Shown here: positions 32,567 through 39,943 of the stretch, piece by piece
How positions within the stretch are numbered: the stretch's first letter is position 1
Layout of the letters: each line of letters opens with the position of its first letter
Assembly (NCBI GenBank): GCA_029861725.1
Contig: JAOTYQ010000001.1
Location: forward strand, 1 to 39,943
DNA from: Acidimicrobiia bacterium
GTDB taxonomy: Bacteria > Actinomycetota > Acidimicrobiia > Acidimicrobiales > SZUA-35
Reading direction: 5' to 3'
Length of the DNA: 39,943 nt
Made by a program: the position numbers and the translations under genes
The notes under the pieces: model-generated
Seen by the model: the letters and a program-made list of their open reading frames with translations, nothing else
The model's database searches: none
Told to the model about the DNA's origin: nothing

Positions 32567-34882
32567 TTATTGGTCGGCGAGCTGGTTGGCCAGCTCGACT
32601 TCGGCGGCCTTGACCAGGTCGGCGCGGTCGTGGTCGAGCTCCCACTCCACCCAGTGCAGGGCGCCGCGATAGGGGAACGGCCCCTCGTAGCGGGCGGACA
32701 CGGTCGGTCCGGCGTCACGCCCGATGTCCATGCCGTAGGTCGTCTGGCGGTAGGGGAGCGTCTCGACCGGTCCCGCCGTTAGCGACAGCTCGACCCGAGC
32801 TCCGGTGCCCTCGTCGCCGACCGGGCGGACCAGCAGTTCGGCCACCCCTGCGTGGTCGCCCGACTTGCGGTAGCGGACGACGAGATCGAGCTCGCCAGTC
32901 GGTAGTGGGTCCTTCGCCAGGAGCTCGTACATCGTCCCGAGCCGGTTGTAGACGAAGCACAGACGATCATCCTGGACGTAGAGCGTGTAGCCCCCGGTTC
33001 GGGCGCCGCTGGCGACGAGCACCCCGTCCTCGCCGGCCGATCCCGACGCGCTGGTCCGGCTGACCCTGGCCCGGATCTCGAACGATCGGTTCCGCACGTC
33101 GGGTGTCTTGCTGCGTTCGAGATGGGGCGAGGTGGGATAGAACCGCTGCCGGTTGCCGGGCGGCTGGTGGCCAGGCCGGCGGATGACGAACAGCTCGGCC
33201 GCTCCCCGGTCGTCGAGCGGGAGCACGTTGTAGCGCCCGGCTTCGACCCACCACCGGTCGACCAGATCCCGCAGCTTCTCCGGCTGCTCGGCGGCTAGGT
33301 CGTGGCACTCGGAGAAGTCCTCATCGGTGTGGTAGAGCGCCCACACGTCGTCCTCGAAGGGCGTGCCTCGCTCGTGCATCGTCACCGCCTTCCACCCGTC
33401 GTGCCAGATGGCGCGGTGGCCGACCATCTCGTAGTACTGCGTGGTCTTACGGGTCGGCTCCGCCGGAGCGTCGAACGTGTAGCGAAAGCTCGTGCCCTCG
33501 ATCGGCTGCTGCGGCACGCCGCGGTAATCGCTCGGGGCGTCGACACCAACGCAGTCGAGAACGGTCGGCAGGACGTCGGCTACGTGGTGGTACTGGTCCC
33601 GGAGGCCGCCGGCGTCGGCGATGCCGTTCGGCCAGTGGACGATCAGCGGATCGCGGATCCCGCCCTCGTAGGTATTCGACTTGAAGTACCGCAGCGGGGT
33701 GTTGCCAACCTGGGCCCAGCCCCACGGGTAGTTGTTGTAGATGTTGGGCCCGCCGATCTCGTCGACCCGGTCGAGCATGTCCGCCACCGGGGTGCGGATC
33801 TCGTTGAAAAAGGCCAACTCGTTGAGCGTGCCGTGCTTGCCGCCCTCCCTGCTGGCTCCGTTGTCGGACAGCAGCACGATCATCGTGTCGTCGAGCAGGT
33901 CGAGCTGCTCGAGGAACCCGATCAGTCGCCCGATCTGGTCATCGGTGTGGTCGAGGAACCCGGCGAACGCCTCCTGCATCCGGGCGTACAGCGCCTTGTT
34001 GGCCTCGGGGAGCTCGTCCCACGGCTCCACCCCGGGGTTGCGGGGCGCGAGCGTGGTCCCCTCCGGTACGATCCCCATCGCCAGCTGGTTCTCGAACCAG
34101 CGCTGGCGCACCACGTCCCATCCGTCGTCGTAGCGGCCCCGGTATTTCTCGACGTAGCCGGGGGGTGCTTGGTGGGGCGAGTGGGTGGCGCCGAAGGCGA
34201 GATAAGCGAGGAACCGGTTGCCGGGAGCCGACCCCTGGTGAGCGGTGATCATGGCGATGGCCTGGTCGACCAGGTCCTCCGACACGTGGTAACCGTCGCG
34301 CTGAGGCGGATCGACCGGGTGGTTGTCGATCGTCAGCTCCGGCGAGAACTGGTCGGTGGCGCCACCCATGAACCCGTAGTACCGGTCGAAGCCCCGCTGC
34401 AGCGGCCAGTGGTCCATCGGCCCGGCGGGGGAGCAATCCTCGAGCGTCGCCAGGTGCCACTTGCCGAGAGCGAACGTGCCGTAGCCGTGCTGGTCGAGGA
34501 TCTCGGCCATCGTCGCCGCCGTCGGCGAGATGACGCCACGGCAGTTCGAGAAGCCGGAGTCGATGTTGGAGATGAACCGCATCCCGACCGAGTGGTGGTT
34601 CCGGCCGGTCAGCAGGCACGCTCGGGTGGGGGAGCACAGCGCCGTGGTGTGGAAGTTCGTGTACCGGAGCCCCCCAGCGGCCAGGCGGTCGATGTTCGGG
34701 GTGTCGATGTCCGACCCGTAGCAACCGAGGTGGGCGAAGCCCGTGTCGTCGAGCACGATCACGACCACGTTCGGCGCCCCCTCCGGTGGCCGCTTCGGGG
34801 GATCCCAGTGTGGAGTCGATTCGGCCACCGTCGTTCCGATCGGTGCCTGGCTGCGGTCGGTCGTCGTGGAACTCCCGGTCAT
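32567..34882 (-). CDS. Arylsulfatase (Cys-type, formylglycine-dependent sulfatase family)
   Basis: NVVVIVLDDTGFAHLGCYGS, formylglycine motif CSPTR (nt 34622..34636) then LLTGRNHHSVGM, GKWHL, LSDNGAS. No signal peptide. Long C-terminal domain as in about 780-aa actinobacterial AtsA-type enzymes. Confidence 0.9.
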   Translation of the reverse strand: MTGSSTTTDRSQAPIGTTVAESTPHWDPPKRPPEGAPNVVVIVLDDTGFAHLGCYGSDIDTPNIDRLAAGGLRYTNFHTTALCSPTRACLLTGRNHHSVGMRFISNIDSGFSNCRGVISPTAATMAEILDQHGYGTFALGKWHLATLEDCSPAGPMDHWPLQRGFDRYYGFMGGATDQFSPELTIDNHPVDPPQRDGYHVSEDLVDQAIAMITAHQGSAPGNRFLAYLAFGATHSPHQAPPGYVEKYRGRYDDGWDVVRQRWFENQLAMGIVPEGTTLAPRNPGVEPWDELPEANKALYARMQEAFAGFLDHTDDQIGRLIGFLEQLDLLDDTMIVLLSDNGASREGGKHGTLNELAFFNEIRTPVADMLDRVDEIGGPNIYNNYPWGWAQVGNTPLRYFKSNTYEGGIRDPLIVHWPNGIADAGGLRDQYHHVADVLPTVLDCVGVDAPSDYRGVPQQPIEGTSFRYTFDAPAEPTRKTTQYYEMVGHRAIWHDGWKAVTMHERGTPFEDDVWALYHTDEDFSECHDLAAEQPEKLRDLVDRWWVEAGRYNVLPLDDRGAAELFVIRRPGHQPPGNRQRFYPTSPHLERSKTPDVRNRSFEIRARVSRTSASGSAGEDGVLVASGARTGGYTLYVQDDRLCFVYNRLGTMYELLAKDPLPTGELDLVVRYRKSGDHAGVAELLVRPVGDEGTGARVELSLTAGPVETLPYRQTTYGMDIGRDAGPTVSARYEGPFPYRGALHWVEWELDHDRADLVKAAEVELANQLADQ

Positions 34883-34926
34883 GCGGCCCTTCCTAGTTCG
34901 GGAATCCCACGCGCCGCCTCTTCGAG

Positions 34927-34944
34927 CAGGAGGTTTTTCTCCTG
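34927..34944 (-). promoter_or_regulatory. Perfect hairpin in the sulfatase 5' leader
   Basis: caggag-gttttt-ctcctg (minus-strand RNA CAGGAG-AAAAAC-CUCCUG) about 45 nt upstream of the sulfatase ATG. Function unknown. Confidence 0.2.
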
Positions 34945-35178
34945 TCGGAGAGATCGGCGGACGGGCCCTCGCTCAGGTGTGGGGGTGAGACCACATCCTC
35001 CGAACGATTGTGGGCCCGCCCGCCGTGACCGGTGCCGTCTGCGGAGGATTGGGCGGGTGCGGGCGGTGTGCACGCCGCCAATCGCACGGCACCGGGATCA
35101 CGTTGAGGACCGGTCGCATCGCGACGGCAGCTGATCACCTCTGGCGTCGTCGGCCGTGGTCACCGTCGCTCGGTCCGG

Positions 35179-35661
35179 TCAGCCCCGGGAGATGGGGATC
35201 TTGTGCGCCTTGGCCTCGTCGTCGATCGGGATGCGGACCTCGAGGATCCCGTCGGCGTAGGTCGCCTCGATCTCCTCGTCGCTCGTTCCCGGCGGCAGGG
35301 GGAGCGTGCGGGAGAACGCGCCATAGCTGAACTCCGACCGGTAGCCGGTCTTGTGCTCGGTCTTCGTCTCCTGCCGTCGCTCGGCCTTCAGGCGGAGCAG
35401 GTGGTCGCTGACCGTGATGTCGACGTCGGTCTCCGGGTCGATGCCGGGGAGCTCCGCTCTGACGACGAGCTTGCCCTCCTCCTCGTACTCCTCGACCTTC
35501 AGGGGTGAGGTGTCGAGCGAGCCGACCCAGGGCTCGGCCCAGTCCGGCCAATCGAAACGGGGTCGGCCCCGACCCTCGAACCAGTCCTGGATTCGTCGGG
35601 AAGGCCAGTCCGGCCACGCGGCCCAACCCGGTGCCTGCCCGGAACGTCGTGTCATTGCCAT
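35179..35661 (-). CDS. Hsp20/alpha-crystallin family small heat-shock protein
   Basis: ORF 35179..35724, trimmed to Met22 with an AGGAGA RBS. Alpha-crystallin domain: LVVRAELPGIDPETDVDITVSDHLLRLKAER...FSRTLPLPPG...ATYADGILEVRIP. Confidence 0.85.
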   Translation of the reverse strand: MAMTRRSGQAPGWAAWPDWPSRRIQDWFEGRGRPRFDWPDWAEPWVGSLDTSPLKVEEYEEEGKLVVRAELPGIDPETDVDITVSDHLLRLKAERRQETKTEHKTGYRSEFSYGAFSRTLPLPPGTSDEEIEATYADGILEVRIPIDDEAKAHKIPISRG

Positions 35662-35665
35662 GGTG

Positions 35666-35700
35666 TCTCCTGTTCCTCTTCTTCCTCTTCGCTTCTTCGC
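35666..35700 (-). other. Polypurine (GAA/GAG-rich) tract filling the GT4-hsp20 spacer
   Basis: The minus-strand RNA reads GCGAAGAAGCGAAGAGGAAGAAGAGGAACAGGAGA, ending in the hsp20 RBS. Confidence 0.6.
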
Positions 35701-35710
35701 TGTAGTGGGA

Positions 35711-36832
35711 TCAGGGAGCGTCACCGGCGGCGGCGAATCGCAATGGTGACGATCGATGCCCGGGTTCGACCAGCTCCGGCGTCGGCGGAGCGCCCGCCAG
35801 CTGGCGGCGATAGATCGCGACGTGGTCCCGAACCATCCGCGTCATGGAGAACCGGCTCCGAGCGGCCAGACGGCACGCCCTGCGGTCGATGGCGTCGAGC
35901 CGTTGGAGCATTGCGGCCATCTCGTCTTCGTCGGAGCACAGGTAGCCGGTCGTGCCGTGGGAGACGATCTCGGGCGCCGCGCCCTCCCGGAACGAGACGA
36001 CGGGGGTGCCGGCGGCCAATGCTTCGATCATCACGAGACCGAACGGCTCCGGCCACCTGATCGGGTTGACGAGGGCCTCCGCCCCGGCCAGCAGGTCGTG
36101 CTTCCGGCGGCCGGTGACCTCGCCGACGTGGACGACGTCGGGACCGAGGAGCGGCTCCACGACGTCACGGAAGTAGCGCCGCTCCTCCAGCTCCCACATC
36201 TTCGCCGCGACCAGGAGCCGCTTCCCCGCCGTGCGGGCAATGTCGACGGCCCGGTGCACGCCCTTTTCGGGACTCATCCTGCCGAGGAACAGCACGTAGC
36301 CGCCGTCGCCCCGCCCGACTGGGACGCCGTCGACATCGATGCCGTGGTGGACGGTCCCGACGACCGGGACCGAAGGGGCGGTCGAGCGCTGGTGGGCCGA
36401 GATGGTGATGATGCCCACCCGGTCGCCGATCTGCTCGTAATGGTTGGCCATCGTCGGCGTGAACGGGCCGTGCACCGTGCTGACGATCGGCCTGTCGACC
36501 CCGGCGGCGATGGCCCACACAGGCCCGAGGAGTGTGTGATCGTGGATGAGGTCGACCCGAGGGGCGAGCACGTCATACGCCGCCTCGACCTGCCCCAGCT
36601 CGGCGGTGAGGTCGCCGGTGGTGCCGAGGGCGCGTTCGTGGAGCCAGTGCCGTTCGACCGGGCAGGTGGAGTCACCGGTGGCGAAGAGCGCGACGTCGTG
36701 GCCTCGGGCTCGTAGCCCTCGGGCTAGGAGGTCGACGACCAGTTCGGTGCCGCCGTAGTTCGCCGGCGGCACCCGCACCCACGGCGAGGCGATCAGGCCG
36801 ATCCTGAGCGGCGTCTCGTTCGGCTGGCTCAT
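35711..36832 (-). CDS. Glycosyltransferase family 4 (GT-B, GT1-type C-terminal domain)
   Basis: LRIGLIASPWVRVPPANYGGTELVVDLLARGLRARGHDVALFATG at the N-terminus. C-terminal EPFGLVMIEALAAGTPVV (E-x7-E type motif). Confidence 0.85.
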   Translation of the reverse strand: MSQPNETPLRIGLIASPWVRVPPANYGGTELVVDLLARGLRARGHDVALFATGDSTCPVERHWLHERALGTTGDLTAELGQVEAAYDVLAPRVDLIHDHTLLGPVWAIAAGVDRPIVSTVHGPFTPTMANHYEQIGDRVGIITISAHQRSTAPSVPVVGTVHHGIDVDGVPVGRGDGGYVLFLGRMSPEKGVHRAVDIARTAGKRLLVAAKMWELEERRYFRDVVEPLLGPDVVHVGEVTGRRKHDLLAGAEALVNPIRWPEPFGLVMIEALAAGTPVVSFREGAAPEIVSHGTTGYLCSDEDEMAAMLQRLDAIDRRACRLAARSRFSMTRMVRDHVAIYRRQLAGAPPTPELVEPGHRSSPLRFAAAGDAP

Positions 36833-37143
36833 CGCCGGATGTCCGACTGGGGGCCGACCGGCCTCGGTGCCGGTAGCGGGGAGGGGACGGGAACGACGTG
36901 GTCCACGATCGGGGCCTTCGAGGGCGTTGGGGCGAGGATGCGGTGTGGCCGCTGCGGGTGGGCGAACGGCCGCCGGTCGGACCGAAGCAGCCGAAGTGTG
37001 CGAAGCGGCACTCTTGGCCTAACGCTACGGGAGCCGACCGTGCCGGCGAAGGGCCGAAGGTCCCGACCGTCGAGAATTCGGGGCCCGGTTCTTGGTGAGT
37101 TGGGTTGTTCGAGCGCTCGGTCGTCGCCGTGCTCTCGGCCTCT

Positions 37144-37353
37144 TCAGGATCGGTGCCCAGGTGCCGTTGACGACGAAGCCGCCGGTTCGACGGAGACGAG
37201 GTGGCCGAGCACGTGGCGCCAGGCCTGGCCACAGCATGCGCAGGTGAATACGACGTCCCCGAAGCGGTCTTCGGGGATGAAGTCGTGCTGGCCGCACGTC
37301 GGGCAGTCGGTGAACGGCCATTGCGCCGTGCGCATACCCAGGGTCTTCATCAT
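37144..37353 (-). CDS. Small zinc-ribbon protein (69 aa), function unknown
   Basis: ORF 37144..37461, trimmed to Met37 (MMKTLGMRTAQWPFTDCPTCGQ...TCACCGQAW) with an AAGGAG RBS. Two CxxC pairs. Its ATG overlaps the USP stop (ATGA). Confidence 0.55.
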   Translation of the reverse strand: MMKTLGMRTAQWPFTDCPTCGQHDFIPEDRFGDVVFTCACCGQAWRHVLGHLVSVEPAASSSTAPGHRS

Positions 37354-38102
37354 GGAATTGCTCCTTGGCTCACCGTTGGCATCAGCACCAGCGGTACCCG
37401 CGTGTTGCAGAGAAGGTCTCGGACGACCGGGGCTCTCGATCCTTCGAGCTCGCGCTTCCACTCGATGACGACCAGGCTCGACTCGTGCAGCGATGCGGCC
37501 TGCAGAATCTGTTGGGCCACGTCGCCGACCCGCAGCTCGAGTGCCGGGTCCGACAGCGGAAGGAACTGCTCGGCGAACTCCGTGGTGAACACCTGCTGCT
37601 CGTCCCAGCCATCCCAGAACATGGGCACGGACGCTCGGTCGATCACGTGGACCGTGTCGACGGTCGATCCGTGCGACTCGAGACGCTGGAGAAAGGCCTC
37701 GACCTCCGGGCCCAGGGGCACCAGTCCCTCGACCGGTACGAGCACCCGCCGGAGCACATCGGCGCCATCGGCGGCACCCGGAGGTACGACGACCACCGGC
37801 ACATCGCAGCGGGTGATCAAGTGCTCGGTGACGTGGCCGGCTGGCCGCGGACCGCCAGCCACGGAACGCAGCCCGACGACGATGCCGGCGACGCCGTCGC
37901 CGCTTATCTCGGCCAGCAGGGCCGGACCGGCCTGGCCTTGCAGGCCGCGGACGTGGTAGGCGATGGCGACATCGAGGGCCTCGTCGTGGTCGACGGTCAC
38001 GACGTCGAGCTCGTCGGCCAGGACGGGGAGGAGAGCCTCAGCGGTCGCCACGATCGTGGTGGCCAGCGGCCCGGCATCGATCGCAGCCAACAGAGACGTC
38101 AT
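37350..38102 (-). CDS. Universal stress protein (tandem Usp domains)
   Basis: ORF trimmed to Met6, whose ATG overlaps the GH65 stop (ATGA). Usp-like blocks: AGIVVGLRSVAGGPRPAGHVTEHLITRCDVPVVVVPP and LVVIEWKRE...VVRDLLCNTRVPLVLMP. Confidence 0.8.
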   Translation of the reverse strand: MTSLLAAIDAGPLATTIVATAEALLPVLADELDVVTVDHDEALDVAIAYHVRGLQGQAGPALLAEISGDGVAGIVVGLRSVAGGPRPAGHVTEHLITRCDVPVVVVPPGAADGADVLRRVLVPVEGLVPLGPEVEAFLQRLESHGSTVDTVHVIDRASVPMFWDGWDEQQVFTTEFAEQFLPLSDPALELRVGDVAQQILQAASLHESSLVVIEWKRELEGSRAPVVRDLLCNTRVPLVLMPTVSQGAIP

Positions 38103-39943
38103 GCGCGCTCCCAGCACTTCTCGCTGGTCCCGCCCCTGATCAGCCTAAGGCGATCTGTGGTCACGGCGGCGTCGCGGTCGGTTCCGACGAACCGCAGTGG
38201 TCGGTCGGTGGCGACGGCGACCTCGTCATGGGTGGCATCGATCTCGACCCTCGCTCCCCGATAGCAGCAGCGCACCAGTACCCGAGACCACCCCGATGGG
38301 AGCGCCGGGTCGACGATGAGCCCACCCCGACCTGGTCGGACGCCGATGAATCCGGCGATCAGGGCCTGCCAGATACCTCCGAGGTTGGCGTAGTGGATCC
38401 CGCCGGCGCCGGTACGGGTCAGGTCGTCGACGTCGATGCCGAGGGCGATGCGGTACAGCTCGATCGCCTCGTCGGGTCGCCCGGCCCGGGCCAGTACCGA
38501 CGCGTGGACGGCTGGTGACAGCGAACTGCCGTGGGCAGTCCTCGGGAGGTAGAAGCGCACGTCGCGCCCGAGCGAGCCGGGCGGCAGCTCGTCGGGGACG
38601 AGGTGATGGGCCATCAACACGTCGGCCTGCTTGATCAGCTGCGACCGTTGGACGATCTCCCGTCCGAGCAGGAGATCGGCTGCGAACGGCACGGGCGCGA
38701 TCGATTCCGCCATGATCGGGTCGAGCCGGTCGTAGCCGTCGAATTGCTCGTGGCGACCGCTCGAGGCGTCATAGCCCGTGACGAGTGTCGTTGCCGCTCG
38801 AAGCCAGCTGGCCCGCTCCGTGGCGTCGACCCCCGGGAGGAGGTCGTCGCCGGCCAGGTCGGCCGCTTGCCTGAGGGTCCAGGCAGCCATCGTGTTGGTG
38901 TAGGCGTTGTCGTCGACCTCTTCGTGGTACTCGTCGGGCCCGATCACCCCGTTGATGTGGCCGTGGCCGTCCGGTCCGTTGTCGATCACCGATACCCAGT
39001 AGCGGGCCGTGTCCGCGTACAGCTCGGCACCACCGGCTGCCAGTACCTCGTCGTCGCCGGTCAGCCACCGGTATGCCGTGAGCGCCCAGGCGACGTCGGC
39101 TCCGATGTGCAGCTCCTGCTGACCGGTGAGGATCGGGACGGTGTCGCCGGTCGCGGTGACCCCCGACCGGGGTGTGACGTCGCAGCCGGTGCGGGCGCTC
39201 TCCCAGGGGAACCGAACGCCGGCCCGTCCCTCCCGCTCGGCCAGTTGGCGGGCCGCGTCCAGCCTGCGCAGTCGGTACTCGATCATGGCCCGAGCCGCAG
39301 TTGGCGCCACGGTGGCGAGCGACGGCAGGACGAAGACGTCGGCGTCCCAGAAGACGTGGCCGCTGTAGGCGTCGCCGGTGAGGCCCCTGGCTCCGATGGG
39401 GAGCTCGGCGCCGTGGTCGGTCAAAGAGAGCAGGTGGAACAGCGCGTACCGGGTCTTGACCTCGGCCGCCGGGTCTCCCTCGATCGTCACGTTGCAGGTC
39501 CGCCATCGCTCCTGCCACCGTCGCTGCTGAGTGTCGAGGAGGTCGCTGGGATCCCAGGCGACCAGTCGTTCGGCCCGCTCGGTGGCCTCCGCCATCGCCC
39601 GAGAGCGCTCGCGATCGGTCGCGGTGCTCACGATGCGCAGCAACCGATCGCCGATGACTCGATCGGCGGTCACGGTGACCGCCCTGCTGCCATCGTCACC
39701 GACGAGGACACGAGGAGGCGGAGTCCCGCACGGCGGCTCTGCCGCGTCGAGCTCGGGCGCGACGTAGGCCTGACAGCCCGGTTCGCCCGCCACCGACCAG
39801 CGGACCGTTTCGACCACGGCCCTGCCGGTATCGATCCGATGCCGGACAGCGCCTGCGGCGAGATCGAGCGTCCAGGAAACGCCGGCCCCCGATCGATCGG
39901 AGGGGATCTGGCCCGGGCCGGACAGCAGCTCACCCGGTGGCTC
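38099..39943 (-). CDS. Glycoside hydrolase family 65 protein (disaccharide phosphorylase type), 5' end outside the window
   Basis: YALFHLL, ARGLTGDAYSGHVFWDADVF, RFPWESA, and the catalytic-acid region IGPDEYHEEVDDNAYTN. The frame stays open from 39817 to the window edge (no stop in the last 42 codons), so the N-terminal domain continues beyond 39943. Confidence 0.85.
   Translation of the reverse strand, partial: EPPGELLSGPGQIPSDRSGAGVSWTLDLAAGAVRHRIDTGRAVVETVRWSVAGEPGCQAYVAPELDAAEPPCGTPPPRVLVGDDGSRAVTVTADRVIGDRLLRIVSTATDRERSRAMAEATERAERLVAWDPSDLLDTQQRRWQERWRTCNVTIEGDPAAEVKTRYALFHLLSLTDHGAELPIGARGLTGDAYSGHVFWDADVFVLPSLATVAPTAARAMIEYRLRRLDAARQLAEREGRAGVRFPWESARTGCDVTPRSGVTATGDTVPILTGQQELHIGADVAWALTAYRWLTGDDEVLAAGGAELYADTARYWVSVIDNGPDGHGHINGVIGPDEYHEEVDDNAYTNTMAAWTLRQAADLAGDDLLPGVDATERASWLRAATTLVTGYDASSGRHEQFDGYDRLDPIMAESIAPVPFAADLLLGREIVQRSQLIKQADVLMAHHLVPDELPPGSLGRDVRFYLPRTAHGSSLSPAVHASVLARAGRPDEAIELYRIALGIDVDDLTRTGAGGIHYANLGGIWQALIAGFIGVRPGRGGLIVDPALPSGWSRVLVRCCYRGARVEIDATHDEVAVATDRPLRFVGTDRDAAVTTDRLRLIRGGTSEKCWERA

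Noticed and set aside
33302-35134. 610-aa + strand ORF, and similar long antisense ORFs (e.g. 5362..6684, 10684..11802, 11835..12959, 13138..14481, 24701..26323, 25798..27090)
   Set aside because: All are antisense to genes with strong family signatures (sulfatase, D-aminoacylase, ABC permeases, thiolase, cyclase/ACAD). All translate to Arg/Gly/Pro/Asp-rich low-complexity sequence. These are high-GC artefacts.
34883-35178. 296-nt spacer between hsp20 and the sulfatase gene, checked for a hidden small gene, gene stub or attenuator (the tgtgg/ccaca/tgtgg alternative 5-bp stems)
   Set aside because: No frame gives a recognisable peptide and the stems are too short to be meaningful. Only the perfect 6-bp hairpin at 34927..34944 was kept, as a low-confidence feature.
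37051-37064. Imperfect palindrome gggccgaaggtccc resembling a DosR/DevR-type box (GGGAC-N4-GTCCC core) upstream of GT4/hsp20
   Set aside because: Only one half-site matches well, and the flanking TT/AA positions do not match. The organism is unknown, no DosR-like regulator is in the window, and GC-rich palindromes of this size are expected by chance. It is kept only as something to test if hypoxia regulation is examined.
1-39943. Scan for CRISPR arrays, rRNA/tRNA genes, IS elements or transposases, integrases, toxin-antitoxin pairs and known defence-system genes
   Set aside because: I saw no regularly spaced direct repeats, no cloverleaf-like or rRNA-like AT-richer islands, and no terminal inverted repeats. 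No ORF has transposase, integrase, nuclease-helicase or TA signatures. The only selfish-element trace is the decayed DUF222/HNH remnant at 1008..1560.

Overview
This is a dense, visibly high-GC segment with strongly G/C-rich third codon positions. It looks actinobacterial, judging by F420-type LLM oxidoreductases, FadE-type acyl-CoA dehydrogenase, a DUF222/13E12-like remnant and an Rv2566-69-like ATP-grasp module. I support about 35 protein-coding genes on both strands, most of them catabolic or redox enzymes and transporters. I recognised no rRNA, tRNA, CRISPR array, intact mobile element or transcription factor. The many long antisense or out-of-frame ORFs in the track (Arg/Pro/Gly-rich) are high-GC artefacts. 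Several tabulated ORFs carry spurious N-terminal extensions, so I re-set their starts by residue counting and RBS context.

Things worth a second look:
1. A translationally coupled module: a circularly permuted ATP-grasp/alpha-E fusion, a transglutaminase-like Cys peptidase and a Zn-ribbon HExxH peptidase (18582..23125). It is a predicted but biochemically uncharacterised peptide-ligation/processing system. Just upstream sits what looks like the 5' stub of a deleted partner gene.
2. An orphan, signal-less reductive-dehalogenase-like corrinoid/Fe-S protein (17218..18453).
3. A GH65 phosphorylase, universal stress protein and 69-aa zinc-ribbon chain joined by ATGA overlaps, followed by GT4 and Hsp20. 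This looks like a stress/compatible-solute island.
4. A DUF35 plus thiolase-like pair in which Ser replaces the nucleophilic Cys.
5. A tandem-fused family III CoA-transferase whose second half lacks the catalytic Asp.
6. Several decayed genes: a P450 with an internal deletion, a DUF222/HNH remnant and a half-length flavoprotein with a 15-nt tandem duplication.

All functional calls come from motif recognition by eye. None has been checked against a database.
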